Positions 9,882 through 19,770 of a stretch of DNA of 64,000 bases are shown here, one piece after another. The number at the start of each line of letters is the position of its first letter. The stretch's first letter is position 1. This DNA comes from Christensenellaceae bacterium (GTDB lineage Bacteria; Bacillota; Clostridia; Christensenellales; Borkfalkiaceae). Under the pieces are notes generated by a model. It was not told where the DNA came from and did no database searches. It saw only the letters and a list, made by a program, of their open reading frames with translations. The stretch is taken from positions 1,194 to 65,193 of the forward strand of contig JAZOUX010000015.1 in NCBI GenBank assembly GCA_045658325.1, read 5' to 3'. Both the position numbers and the translations under genes were made by a program.

Positions 9882-11002
9882 TATTCTTCCTCCCCGATTT
9901 TTTTGATTAGTGATTTTATGTATTCAGTTTGATTTTCGCTCATTTTAGCGTTGTTCCTTTCAAAATAAAACTCACTAAACAATTCAAAAACAGACTTTTT
10001 ATCAACACCGTCAGCCCCTAAAATAGTAGCGTTTGCTCTCGTTCTTGCATTGTCGTATTTAAGTTCTAAAGCGTTTTTATAAACCGTTTGAAGCCTACTC
10101 ATTGCGCTAGCAATTTCATCTTCGTCAATTAAGGTTATTTGAACGTAGTCGTCAGTCCTTTTTGTTGCGTCGATTAAATCGTCAAATTTACCACGAATTT
10201 TTTTCATATCTCTAATCGGCGTTAAGTTTATCGTTTCAATTATAACGTTTGCACTCTTTTCGTTAAGCGTTACTACCGTTACCGATTTAGTATCGTCGGC
10301 TTCGGCAAACGAATATTTTAAAGGCGTTCCCGAATAGCGTATTTTGCTAGACTGACAGTATTGTGCGCCGTGTAAATGACCTAAAGCAACGTAATCAAAA
10401 TCTTCAAAAACGCTAGCGTCAACGTTATCAGTACCACCTACCGTTTCTTCCGACTCGCTACGCTTTGCGCCCGTTACGAATTGGTGAGTTATTAAAACGT
10501 TACGCTTAGTTTTGTCAATATTCATTTTATCAACTGCAACCCTTAAAGCATCGGTATAAGACTCGATTATTTCGTCTTGATAAAACCTACGCACATGCGA
10601 CGGCTTTATAAAAGGTAGCATATATACGTTTAATTCGCCATATTCGTCGTTTAAAGTTTTTGCAATAATTTCACCGTTATATACGGGTGATAAATGTATA
10701 CCGGTAGCGTCCATTATTTGTGAGGCAAATGCAATACGTTCCGCCGAATCGTGATTACCGCTAATTACAAACACTTGCAATTTGCGTTTTGCTAAGTCGA
10801 CTAAAAAACTATCAAAAAGTTGAACGGCTTCAGCACTAGGAAGGCTTTTATCGTAAACGTCGCCGGCAATGAAAATGCCGTCGGGTTTTTCTTGGTCTAC
10901 GATATTTATAATTTGATTAAGTATTGCTTGCTGGTCTTCAATAAGCGAAGTTTCGTGCAAGCGCTTGCCTAAATGCAAGTCAGATAAGTGAATAAACTTC
11001 AT
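9881..11002 (-). CDS. sbcD: SbcD/Mre11-family nuclease subunit
   Basis: Calcineurin-like phosphoesterase motifs DLHLG, GDVYD and GNHD. Translationally coupled to sbcC. Confidence 0.85.
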   Translation of the reverse strand: MKFIHLSDLHLGKRLHETSLIEDQQAILNQIINIVDQEKPDGIFIAGDVYDKSLPSAEAVQLFDSFLVDLAKRKLQVFVISGNHDSAERIAFASQIMDATGIHLSPVYNGEIIAKTLNDEYGELNVYMLPFIKPSHVRRFYQDEIIESYTDALRVAVDKMNIDKTKRNVLITHQFVTGAKRSESEETVGGTDNVDASVFEDFDYVALGHLHGAQYCQSSKIRYSGTPLKYSFAEADDTKSVTVVTLNEKSANVIIETINLTPIRDMKKIRGKFDDLIDATKRTDDYVQITLIDEDEIASAMSRLQTVYKNALELKYDNARTRANATILGADGVDKKSVFELFSEFYFERNNAKMSENQTEYIKSLIKKIGEEE

Positions 11003-11122
11003 ACAGCCCCCCTTTTTGTTATTTTTTTATTATAAATTTTAAGAAATTGATTTTTTATAAACGTAAACTATTTGTAAAAGATTAGTTTTCCCATGCCAAC
11101 TAACCATTAAACGCTATAACCG

Positions 11123-11668
11123 TTAAAGCAACTTTTCACTATATATAGCCCTTTCACCACCTATAAACTTAGCACGAGTACGCGCGCCAACGACTAACGC
11201 TTGTCCAATTTTATTATTTTCTAACCGTACGGGTACTGCCACTTTTTTTAAGTGCATACCTATTAAGGTTAAACCTATATCTAAGCCAGCGTCGGCTTTA
11301 ATTTCTTCAACAACAATCGCGTCATTTAAAAGATTATACGCTTGGGTTGCTAACGACCCCCCTGCTTTTGGCTGTGGTACGACGTTTACTTCTTCGTAAA
11401 GTTTTGCCACTTCTCTTTCAATAACTATTGCTCTATTCAAGTGTTCGCAACATTGAACGGCTATAAAAACGCCCCTTTCTTTAGCACTATCGTAAAGACC
11501 GTTAAAAACTTCTTTTGCGATTTCAGGGGCAGACTTCGTTCCTATTTTTTCGCCCAAAATTTCACTAGTAGAACAACCTACTACCACTAGGCTACGCTTT
11601 TTAAGATTAGCCTTAATTATAATTTCTTCCATTGCGTTTTTTGCTTGTTCGTATAACGTTTTACCCAT
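11123..11668 (-). CDS. UPF0340/TIGR01440-family protein (YwlG-like)
   Basis: 181 aa. VVGCSTSEI and QCCEHLNRA motifs are recognised from the UPF0340 family. Confidence 0.5.
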   Translation of the reverse strand: MGKTLYEQAKNAMEEIIIKANLKKRSLVVVGCSTSEILGEKIGTKSAPEIAKEVFNGLYDSAKERGVFIAVQCCEHLNRAIVIEREVAKLYEEVNVVPQPKAGGSLATQAYNLLNDAIVVEEIKADAGLDIGLTLIGMHLKKVAVPVRLENNKIGQALVVGARTRAKFIGGERAIYSEKLL

Positions 11669-11980
11669 AATTCACCTATTAGTTAAATTATAACAGTGCG
11701 CACTAAATAAATCAACTGTTTTTATAAATTGCTTGATATTTAACTAGGTTTACGCTGTTACATTAAAAAAGCAAAAATGGAATAATTAACGGTATAGACT
11801 TAGTAATTTTTGCCCTTAATAAAAGTATAACGCAGTCTTATAAAAAGTGTGAAATATAGTAAATAGTGGCGTAGTAAACACAATCGGCGTAAGTAATACG
11901 ACTTAAGGTTTTACTATTTTATTATAAAAAGCAACAAAAAAAGCGAAAAAAGGATGGTAAAACTATATTAAAATTAAATT

Positions 11981-12208
11981 ATGTTTGGTCTTATATATAT
12001 TTTAATTGTTTATATGGTAGTTTTTGGGGCTTGTTTTTTAATTAAGTTTTTAGTAAAAAAGTTTACAAAAAAAGAAGAAGTAGCCAATACTTCTTCTAAA
12101 ATTTATTACGTTACTAATAATCATAAACCTAAACGCAAAAAAAGGAATAAAGCCCCCGATATAGCAATCAAAGGCGCTGTTATAGATAAAGACGAATTTG
12201 AAAGTTAA
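11981..12208 (+). CDS. hypothetical small membrane-anchored basic protein
   Basis: 75 aa with one N-terminal TM helix and a Lys/Arg-rich tail. Weak RBS, no recognisable family. Confidence 0.3.
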   Translation: MFGLIYILIVYMVVFGACFLIKFLVKKFTKKEEVANTSSKIYYVTNNHKPKRKKRNKAPDIAIKGAVIDKDEFES

Positions 12209-12342
12209 CTTTACCTAAACACCTTAATTTTTGCCATAGTAAATATGGCTATGAGTTTGCTTATAACTAATAAGTTTAGCGTTTTAAACTAAAATTGATA
12301 GTTAATAGCGACGTATCACTACCCGACTATTAAAAAGTTTAA

Positions 12343-12687
12343 TTAGTTAGGGTTTTCAATTTTTTCGCCTTCGCCCCAAAGTCGTTCTAAATGGTAAAAT
12401 AACCTTGTTTCGTCGTTGAAAATGTGTAAAATAACGTCACCAAAGTCAATAATTGCCCATCTTCCGTCTTGCAACCCTTCTTTTCTTAAAATTTTTGCTC
12501 CTGCTTTTTCGGCTTCTGCTTCACAAAACTCAGCAAGTGATTTTACTTGGGTTGTCGACCTTGCACTTGCTATTACGAAGTAGTCTGCAATAGAAGTTTT
12601 TTCTTTTACGTCAATTTTTACTATGTCGTAAGCCTTTCTTTTTGTAAGACTGTCAATAATTATTTGTGCCGTTTGTAATGAATCCAT
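12343..12687 (-). CDS. rsfS: ribosome silencing factor RsfS (iojap family)
   Basis: 114 aa. DYFVIASARSTTQV and W..IDFGDV.LHIF motifs are typical of RsfS. Confidence 0.75.
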   Translation of the reverse strand: MDSLQTAQIIIDSLTKRKAYDIVKIDVKEKTSIADYFVIASARSTTQVKSLAEFCEAEAEKAGAKILRKEGLQDGRWAIIDFGDVILHIFNDETRLFYHLERLWGEGEKIENPN

Positions 12688-12688
12688 A

Positions 12689-13978
12689 TTATTCTCCTTT
12701 TATACTTGCAGTATATATAACTTTTGTATTTTTATCAATTTTTATTCTTTCGCTTATTTCAACGCCGAAAATCAGTAAAATTTGATTGTCTACGGCAATA
12801 AGTGGTATTAAATCACGCTTAAACCTAGTAATTTTTTTGTCAATGAAATAATCTTTAAGTTTTTTTGTTCCACCTGAAAATTTAGTAAAAACGTCACCGT
12901 TTTGGCGTGTACGAATTACGGCGTTTTTAGGAATTTTTTGAGCGTCAAATTTTAAATCTTTATCGTTTTTACCAATTAAATCTTCAATTTTAACGGTGCA
13001 GTTATTAAAATTAAAAGTGCCTAAATTATACTCGTAAACGGTTTGGTCTTTTTTAGGTAAATCATAATAAAACACCAACTTTTCGTACTCTTTAGTAACT
13101 TTAATTTCGTTTGCTAAAATAATATAAGTGCCGTTTTGTTGAGTTGCTAAATTAACGCAAGCATCTATATGCTTTTTAGTATAATCTTTTTTTAAACCGT
13201 ACTCTTTTAAAATTAAAATTATAGCCCTTTTTAATAAAACGGCTGGCGCATTAACCAAAACCGATAAATTTTCTTCTTTAAAATTGACTAATTCTTTCGC
13301 TTGAGCGTCTAGAAATTCGTCTTCTTCAATCGCTATTTTTGAAAAGGCGTTAATGTTATCTATCGCCATAGGGAACTTTTCATCAATTTTAGTTAAAAGT
13401 TCGTTTCTAATATAGTTGCGTGAATATTGACTATCAAAATTAGTTAAATCTTGCACGAAAGGAATATCGTTTTTTTCAATATACTCGTCAATTTGTTGAC
13501 GCTTTACGTCGATAAGTGGTCTAATAATGCGATTTTTATTGGCGTTTATGCCACTAAGACCTTTAAGCCCCGTACCCCTAAATAAGTTAAAAAGCACGCT
13601 TTCAACGTTGTCGTTTAAATGGTGTGCCGTGGCGATTTTTAAAGACTTATCTCCGTTTAAAAGGTCTTCAAAAATTTTATACCTTAAAATACGCGCGCCT
13701 TGTTCAACCGAATAGCCGTTTTCTTTTGAAAATGAAATAGCGTCAACCGTATATAATTTTATAGGAATATTAAGTTTTTTGCAATAATTTTTAACAAAAA
13801 GACTGTCTTTTTTACTGTCGTCTCCCCTAATACCGTGTTCGATATTTACGGCAAAAAGGGTAAGATTATATTCGTCTTTAATACTATATAATACGCTTAA
13901 AAGACACATACTGTCCTTGCCCCCCGAAAGAGCAACGGCAATTTTGTCGTTTTTGTTGATATGTGAAAGATTAATCAT
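12689..13978 (-). CDS. tilS: tRNA(Ile)-lysidine synthetase
   Basis: PP-loop SGGKDS near the N-terminus, 429 aa, and a conserved C-terminal TilS-type domain. Confidence 0.8.
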   Translation of the reverse strand: MINLSHINKNDKIAVALSGGKDSMCLLSVLYSIKDEYNLTLFAVNIEHGIRGDDSKKDSLFVKNYCKKLNIPIKLYTVDAISFSKENGYSVEQGARILRYKIFEDLLNGDKSLKIATAHHLNDNVESVLFNLFRGTGLKGLSGINANKNRIIRPLIDVKRQQIDEYIEKNDIPFVQDLTNFDSQYSRNYIRNELLTKIDEKFPMAIDNINAFSKIAIEEDEFLDAQAKELVNFKEENLSVLVNAPAVLLKRAIILILKEYGLKKDYTKKHIDACVNLATQQNGTYIILANEIKVTKEYEKLVFYYDLPKKDQTVYEYNLGTFNFNNCTVKIEDLIGKNDKDLKFDAQKIPKNAVIRTRQNGDVFTKFSGGTKKLKDYFIDKKITRFKRDLIPLIAVDNQILLIFGVEISERIKIDKNTKVIYTASIKGE

Positions 13979-14753
13979 TTTTTTCTTGTTTTTCGTATTT
14001 AAACATTTTATCCATCATAAGCATCATAATTTTATGCGGTAAAATTTTTGCTAAAAATCTAATGAAAGATGCGTATAAGCCTGGTACGACGTAAGAACAT
14101 TTGCTTTTATCTAACTTATTGTACGCTTTTTTAACGACGAAATCGGCTTCATACATAACGTCGAACTTTTTAATTTTTTCCTTTTCGTTGGCTTGTGAGA
14201 AAAATTCCGTTTTTACCCAATAAGGACATAAGCATAAAACTCTAATTTTTCTACTTTTAAGTTCGTGGCCAAGCGCCCTTGAATAACTTAAAACGCCCGC
14301 TTTCGTCGCAGCGTATACGGCTAAATGTGGAACCGGCTCGAAAGAAGAAAGCGAGCCTACTTGCAAAATTTTGCCACCTTCTCGAATATACGGTAAAACT
14401 ATTTGGGTTACTTTTATTAAAGCCTTAAAGTTAAGGTCGCACATATCTTGTAAAGCGTTTATATCGGCGTTTTCAACTTTACTAAATTTGCCAAAACCAC
14501 TTGCGTTTACTAAAAGTTTAACGTTTGGATTTTCATTTTGTAACTTTTGTTGTAAAATAGAAAAACTTTCGTCTTTTAAAAGGTCGATTGCGATAGGCAC
14601 GACTTTTGCTTTACACTTAGGAATAAGAGCATTTAAGCGTTCTTCACGCCTTGCAATAACCCAAATTTCGTCTAAAGCGTAACGCTTGTCCCCTTGAATA
14701 ACGAACTCGTTACCCATACCTGAAGATGCACCCGTAATAATAGCAATATTCAT
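13971..14753 (-). CDS. SDR-family oxidoreductase
   Basis: TGASSGMG cofactor motif and YAATK catalytic motif. I prefer ATG at 14753 (GGGGG SD 5 nt upstream) over the TTG at 14765 given in the ORF track. Confidence 0.75.
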   Translation of the reverse strand: MNIAIITGASSGMGNEFVIQGDKRYALDEIWVIARREERLNALIPKCKAKVVPIAIDLLKDESFSILQQKLQNENPNVKLLVNASGFGKFSKVENADINALQDMCDLNFKALIKVTQIVLPYIREGGKILQVGSLSSFEPVPHLAVYAATKAGVLSYSRALGHELKSRKIRVLCLCPYWVKTEFFSQANEKEKIKKFDVMYEADFVVKKAYNKLDKSKCSYVVPGLYASFIRFLAKILPHKIMMLMMDKMFKYEKQEKND

Positions 14754-14870
14754 AAAAACCCCCAAATAGAATAATTAATTATATATTATCATAATTTATT
14801 AATAAATACAACTAATGGCGTTTATTTTTACGTTTAGATAAATAAAAAGTTAAATTACCACTTAAAAAAG

Positions 14871-14899
14871 TTGTAAATTTACAAAAAAAAGTGTATAAT
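14871..14899 (+). promoter_or_regulatory. sigma-A-type promoter of tRNA-Leu(TAG)
   Basis: TTGTAA at 14871-14876, a 17-nt spacer, then TATAAT at 14894-14899, about 10 nt before the tRNA 5' end. Confidence 0.55.
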
Positions 14900-14909
14900 T
14901 TGACTGTAC

Positions 14910-14992
14910 GTGGATATGGCGGAACTGGCAGACGCGTTGGACTTAGAATCCAATGGGCAACCATGCAGGTTCGATTCCTGTTATCCACACCA
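14910..14992 (+). tRNA. tRNA-Leu (anticodon TAG), class II, CCA encoded
   Basis: Hand-folded. Acceptor GTGGATA/TATCCAC, anticodon stem TTGGA/TCCAA with loop CTTAGAA, long variable arm, T-loop TTCGATT, discriminator A, CCA. Confidence 0.85.
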
Positions 14993-14995
14993 AAA

Positions 14996-15024
14996 AAGAG
15001 AGTTCGTTTTGAACTCTCTTTTTT
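14996..15024 (+). terminator. Rho-independent terminator after tRNA-Leu
   Basis: AAGAGAGTTC/GAACTCTCTT 10-bp stem followed by TTTT. Confidence 0.7.
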
Positions 15025-15157
15025 GGTCTATCATTATTTTTCATTAATACTATATTTTTTGCCAATAATAGCCCTATTAATTTAATATAAAATTAGTTGA
15101 ATTAGAACATAAACTTGCTTTTTAGTCTTTTTACCTTTATTAAACTGTTATTATATT

Positions 15158-16588
15158 CTACTCTTTTAACCATTTTGGAGTAAGAGTAACATCGGAAGCA
15201 ATATCCCAAATTCCAGAGTCTACTTTTGTGTTCCCATTATACCAGCCAAGGAAAGTATATCCTGTTCTCGTAGGAGTTGGCAACGTGTGAGATGCTCCAA
15301 AGGTTACCGTTGTCGAAACCGTTGAAGAAGTATCATAAACATAACCTTTTACGGTGCTCGAACTTGCTGTTGCTGTGCTTGTGGGATAAGCTGCACCTGA
15401 TACATAGAATGTTCCAGCACTACTCGAACCACTGCTATAATTGTACAGACTTACGTAAATAACATCACCTGCATTGGCACTAAATGTAGCCGAGCGGCTT
15501 GTATTATTACCATACAAGTTGTATCGGCTCATGATGGTAGTACCTTGTGTAGCATTATATACGGTGATATAGTAATCTCCCGAAGTGAGGTTTGCATAGA
15601 AGGTGTAAGAGCCTGACTTGTAGCAAGTAAAGTAATAGTAGTTGGGGCTTGAACTATAAGAGGCTGTTACACTAAATGTTTTTTTATTCGAAGAACTGTT
15701 GTAGTTCTTGATATCAACATATTCTCTTGAAGATGCCGAGGAAGAAGATACCATAGATACCCACTTTGCATAGAGCGTAGTATCGGTGGTAATTGTTCCG
15801 CTAAAATTATATGCTGTCGTGCAAGAGCTGTTGGTGTACCAACCTGCAAATGCATATCCGCTTCTTGTAGGAACTGTAGGATAGCTCAAGGTTTGACCGT
15901 TAGTCAATGTAACCGTAGAAGACGTCGAACCACTATAATTGTAATTAAAGGTTACTTTTAATCCTTTTATAGGTGAAGTGTCAACATATGTTATATTGTA
16001 TGTCTTTGCTGTCCATTTTGCGGTTAACATTATATTTTCTGTTATCCCCCAAGGTTCAGTATTGTAATTATTACTTCCATTACACCAACCTTCAAAAGCG
16101 TATCCCTCTTTCGTAGGTACAGGAATATCTCCTGACTGTATAAAGCTGTTTTCTTCAACAGTTTGAACTTCTAAAATAGTGCCGTCAACATTTAAAAATG
16201 TAACAAGAAAAGTATAGTTACGATGTATCGTTACAACATAAGTTTGTATAAACGTTTCGTTAACATTTTCCATAATATAAAAGATATTGTCTCCTTCATT
16301 TAATTGTACAACCTTTGTCATTGGAGTTAATACGCCGTATTCATCAAGGCATACAACATAGTTAGAATTCCCATTTACTTGTATTTCATTTGAAAAATTA
16401 AAATAATGAGTGTTATTTGAAACAGTGCCGTAAACATCATTTTCGTTGACAGTTAGAGTTTTAAAAGTAATTTCATCAGTATTATTGTTTGCCTTACTAA
16501 TACAAAGTATTATTGCCACCGCTAACACACATACAGCCAATACCGCTATTAATAAAATTAAAACTTTCTTTTTCGTTATCTTTTCCAT
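15158..16588 (-). CDS. membrane-anchored surface protein with InlB B-repeat (Flg_new-type) domains
   Basis: 476 aa with an N-terminal TM/signal anchor. Three GY(A/T)F.GW...W repeats (GYAFEGWCNG, GYAFAGWYTN, GYTFLGWYNG) and Ser/Thr-rich linkers. Codon and dinucleotide usage differ visibly from the neighbouring genes. Confidence 0.65.
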   Translation of the reverse strand: MEKITKKKVLILLIAVLAVCVLAVAIILCISKANNNTDEITFKTLTVNENDVYGTVSNNTHYFNFSNEIQVNGNSNYVVCLDEYGVLTPMTKVVQLNEGDNIFYIMENVNETFIQTYVVTIHRNYTFLVTFLNVDGTILEVQTVEENSFIQSGDIPVPTKEGYAFEGWCNGSNNYNTEPWGITENIMLTAKWTAKTYNITYVDTSPIKGLKVTFNYNYSGSTSSTVTLTNGQTLSYPTVPTRSGYAFAGWYTNSSCTTAYNFSGTITTDTTLYAKWVSMVSSSSASSREYVDIKNYNSSSNKKTFSVTASYSSSPNYYYFTCYKSGSYTFYANLTSGDYYITVYNATQGTTIMSRYNLYGNNTSRSATFSANAGDVIYVSLYNYSSGSSSAGTFYVSGAAYPTSTATASSSTVKGYVYDTSSTVSTTVTFGASHTLPTPTRTGYTFLGWYNGNTKVDSGIWDIASDVTLTPKWLKE

Positions 16589-16893
16589 AGGTTCCTCCTA
16601 AAATAAAAAATGCGTCAACCGAAGTTAACGCACCGAAAAATGCAAAACTCCAAGTTGTCGCCAAACGAACTTTATCGCAAGTATAAGCATAGCCATACCA
16701 TCGAACGGGAGTTGCACTTTTACCAAATGAAATTCTGTTCGAATAGTATGAGAAAATAAGAGCATAATTATCCTATAAAAAAGAAACTACGCCTATTTGC
16801 GATAATATTAAGTTCGTTTGGCATAATCATTATAGCATATGAAAAACACTTTATCAAGTAATTTTATAAATAATAGATAAAAGAATTTGACAT

Positions 16894-16922
16894 AAAAAAG
16901 GCTTTCAAAAGAAAGCCTTTTT
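16894..16922 (-). terminator. terminator downstream of tRNA-Arg
   Basis: AAGGCTTTC/GAAAGCCTT hairpin flanked by A/T runs, directly abutting the tRNA 3' end. Confidence 0.65.
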
Positions 16923-16999
16923 TGGTCTACCCGGCTGGATTTGAACCAGCACCTATAAGAGTCGGAGTCTTATTCTCTATCCAGTTAAGATACGGGTAG
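16923..16999 (-). tRNA. tRNA-Arg (anticodon CCG), CCA encoded
   Basis: Hand-folded on the minus strand, 77 nt. Acceptor CTACCCG/CGGGTAG, anticodon stem TAAGA/TCTTA with loop CTCCGAC, T-arm GCTGG-TTCAAAT-CCAGC. Confidence 0.8.
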
Positions 17000-17055
17000 A
17001 TAAATTTACCTTACGCAAAAAACTGCGATAGACATAGAAATTTTTAATTTATAAT

Positions 17056-17378
17056 AAAAGTGTAGCCCACTATACTTCGCAAAAGCGAAATATGGTGGAC
17101 TTTTCTTATCCACGAAAGATTAAATAATTTTAGTTTAACCAAGCGTAGCGAACACCAACTGCTTTAGCAGTTTTATTTTTAGCCTTGTGGCTAAAAGTTA
17201 TATGCAAAACAAGTTTTGCGTTATATTTTAACGTGTAGTAAAAGTTATATTATATTTGCCATAACTCGCCAAAGGCGAATAAAACTTTGCTTAGCAAAAT
17301 ATCACTGCATTAGCAATATAACTTGCCATTAGGCAAATATAGTTGTGCCGTAGTGATAATCCCTTTCGCTACGGCACT
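17056..17378. repeat. dense cluster of short hairpin-forming intergenic repeats
   Basis: At least nine 5-9-bp stem-loops within ~320 nt. Examples are TTCGC-AAAA-GCGAA, AACTGC-TTTA-GCAGTT, TTAGCC-TTGT-GGCTAA, GCAAAAC-AA-GTTTTGC, TCGCC-AAA-GGCGA, TTGCC-ATTA-GGCAA and GTGCCGTAG...CTACGGCAC. Many are flanked by ATAT/ATAA words. Confidence 0.5.
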
Positions 17379-17396
17379 AAAGCGTAAGGCGTTTTT

Positions 17397-18314
17397 TTAT
17401 TTTATCGTGCTAATATCAAACGGCGTTGATTGATATACGTAGTAGTTAAGCCAGTTTGAATATAACAAGTTAGCGTGCGAACGCCACGAAACTATAGGCT
17501 CTTTCGTCGTATCGTCGTTTGGATAATAGTTTTTAGGAATTTTTATAGGTTTATTTTCATTTAAATCCCTAAAATATTCGTTTGAAAGAGTGTTGGCATC
17601 ATACTCTGGGTGTCCCGTTATAAAAATTTGTCTGCCCCCGTCGGTTGCTATGGCGTAAACGCCCGCTTCAGTTGACGTTGCTAAAATTCTTAATTCTTTA
17701 ACAGCCTTTACTTCTTCTTCTAAAATAGTAGTGTGGCGTGAGTGTGGAACTTTAAAAACGTCGTCAAAACCACGGAACAAAATTGACCTTTTATTGCAAA
17801 TGGTATGGTCGAAAACACCAAAAAGTTTTTCGTCTAAATCATACTTTTTAATTCCGTAATGATAGTAAAGTCCTGCTTGAGCCCCCCAACAAATATGCAA
17901 AGTGCTATAAACGTGGGTTTTGCTCCACTCCATAATTTCAGTTAATTCTTGCCAGTAATCAACCTCTTCAAACGGCAAGTTTTCAACGGGAGCCCCAGTA
18001 ATAATCATACCGTCGTAATTGTTTTGCTTTACGTCGTCAAAAGTCTTGTAAAAGGCAAGCAAATGTTCTTCAGGCGTGTTTTTTGATTTATGTGATTTTG
18101 AGTGTATAAGTTCAATATCTACCTGTAGCGGTGTATTTCCAAGTAATCTTGAAAGTTGCGTTTCAGTTTCAATTTTCTTAGGCATTAAGTTAAGTATAAG
18201 AATTTTTAACGGTCTTATATCTTGCGTCATTGCCCTATTTTCCGTCATAACGAATATATTTTCGTCGTGAAGTGTTTTTACCGCAGGTAAATTGTTTGGA
18301 ATTTTTATAGGCAT
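17397..18314 (-). CDS. metA: homoserine O-acyltransferase (MetA family)
   Basis: The N-terminus [23 protein letters not shown]...[11 protein letters not shown] closely parallels canonical MetA. Confidence 0.85.
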   Translation of the reverse strand: MPIKIPNNLPAVKTLHDENIFVMTENRAMTQDIRPLKILILNLMPKKIETETQLSRLLGNTPLQVDIELIHSKSHKSKNTPEEHLLAFYKTFDDVKQNNYDGMIITGAPVENLPFEEVDYWQELTEIMEWSKTHVYSTLHICWGAQAGLYYHYGIKKYDLDEKLFGVFDHTICNKRSILFRGFDDVFKVPHSRHTTILEEEVKAVKELRILATSTEAGVYAIATDGGRQIFITGHPEYDANTLSNEYFRDLNENKPIKIPKNYYPNDDTTKEPIVSWRSHANLLYSNWLNYYVYQSTPFDISTIK

Positions 18315-18319
18315 TTTAA

Positions 18320-19615
18320 TTATTCCTCGATTTTATCTAATGCTTGGCGAATATCGTTAATTAAATCTTCTGCGTTTTCTATACCGCAAGAAAAACGTAC
18401 CATATCTGGATATACGCCTGCTTGTATTAATTCTTGGTCACTCATTTGCCTATGCGTTGCACTTGCTGGATGTAAACAACAAGTTCTTGCGTCGGCAACG
18501 TGCGTTTCGATTGCTGCAATTTTTAAGTTTTTCATAAATTTTTCAGCACATTTTCTTCCACCTTTTACACCAAAACTTACTACGCCACAAGTTCCGTTTG
18601 GCATATACTTTTTAGCAAGTTCGTAGTACTTGTCCCCTTCAAGTCCCGGATATATTACCCAACTAATTCTATCGTCGCTTTGTAAATACTTAGCAACGCT
18701 TAATCCGTTTTCGCAATGGCGTTTCATTCTAACGTGTAAACTTTCAAGACCTAAGTTTAATATAAAAGCGTTTTGTGGTGCTTGAATTGAGCCAAAATCT
18801 CTCATAAGTTGCGCCGTTGCTTTGGTAATAAACGCACCTTCTTTACCAAATTTGGTAGCGTAAGTTATACCGTGATAACTATCGTCTGGCGTACAAAGAC
18901 CTGGGAATTTATCGGCGTTAGCCATCCAATCAAATTTTCCACTATCAACGATACAGCCACCTACTGCTGCACCGTGACCGTCCATATATTTAGTAGTTGA
19001 GTGAGTAACTATATCAGCACCCCACTCGAAAGGACGGCAATTTATCGGCGTTGCAAACGTATTATCAATAATAAGCGGAACACCGTGTTTATGCGCAACG
19101 CGTGCAAACAGTTCAATATCTAAAACGGTTAACGCTGGGTTAGCGATAGTTTCTCCAAAAACGGCTTTTGTGTTTGGTTTAAAAGCCTTTTCAATTTCTT
19201 CTTCGGTAGCGTCAGGCGAAATAAAAGTAAAGTCAATACCCATACGCTTCATTGTAACCGAAAATAAGTTAAACGTTCCACCATAAATTGATGAAGAAGA
19301 TATAATATGGTCACCGTTCGACGCTATATTGAAAATTGCGTAAAAGTTTGCCGCTTGACCAGAAGAAGTTAACATAGCCATACTTCCACCTTCAAGTTCG
19401 CATATCTTTTTAGCAACTAAGTCGTTAGTTGGGTTTTGTAAACGTGTATAAAAATAACCAGATGCTTCTAAATCGAAAAGTTTACCCATATCTTCGCTAG
19501 TTTCATATCTAAACGTAGTGCTTTGATAAATAGGAATTTCCCTAGGCTCACCGTTGCCTGGGCGATAGCCCCCTTGAACGCAAATAGTTTCAATTTTATT
19601 TTTCATTGTAATCAC
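18320..19615 (-). CDS. metY: O-acetylhomoserine sulfhydrylase (PLP-dependent Cys/Met family)
   Basis: [14 protein letters not shown]-lysine motif, 431 aa, adjacent to metA. The start may be ATG at 19606 rather than GTG at 19615. Confidence 0.8.
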   Translation of the reverse strand: MITMKNKIETICVQGGYRPGNGEPREIPIYQSTTFRYETSEDMGKLFDLEASGYFYTRLQNPTNDLVAKKICELEGGSMAMLTSSGQAANFYAIFNIASNGDHIISSSSIYGGTFNLFSVTMKRMGIDFTFISPDATEEEIEKAFKPNTKAVFGETIANPALTVLDIELFARVAHKHGVPLIIDNTFATPINCRPFEWGADIVTHSTTKYMDGHGAAVGGCIVDSGKFDWMANADKFPGLCTPDDSYHGITYATKFGKEGAFITKATAQLMRDFGSIQAPQNAFILNLGLESLHVRMKRHCENGLSVAKYLQSDDRISWVIYPGLEGDKYYELAKKYMPNGTCGVVSFGVKGGRKCAEKFMKNLKIAAIETHVADARTCCLHPASATHRQMSDQELIQAGVYPDMVRFSCGIENAEDLINDIRQALDKIEE

Positions 19616-19770
19616 TCTTACCCTTTTGCATACAATAATTTTATCAATTTTAACACAAATTTTATATTATTGTCAAGCATACAAAGTTTTTATTAAAAAT
19701 AATAAAATATACTTTATTTTTTATAATAAAAGTGCTACAATATTAAAAAATAAACTTTTAGGAGAAAAGT

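Noticed and set aside
14891-15085. 64-aa ORF overlapping tRNA-Leu(TAG)
   Set aside because: It is read straight through a well-folded tRNA and its terminator, so it is spurious.
19616-19770. Expected SAM riboswitch or T-box leader upstream of metY-metA
   Set aside because: The 155-nt region is extremely AT-rich. It lacks the conserved GC-rich cores of SAM-I/S-box or T-box elements, and I see only promoter-like hexamers.
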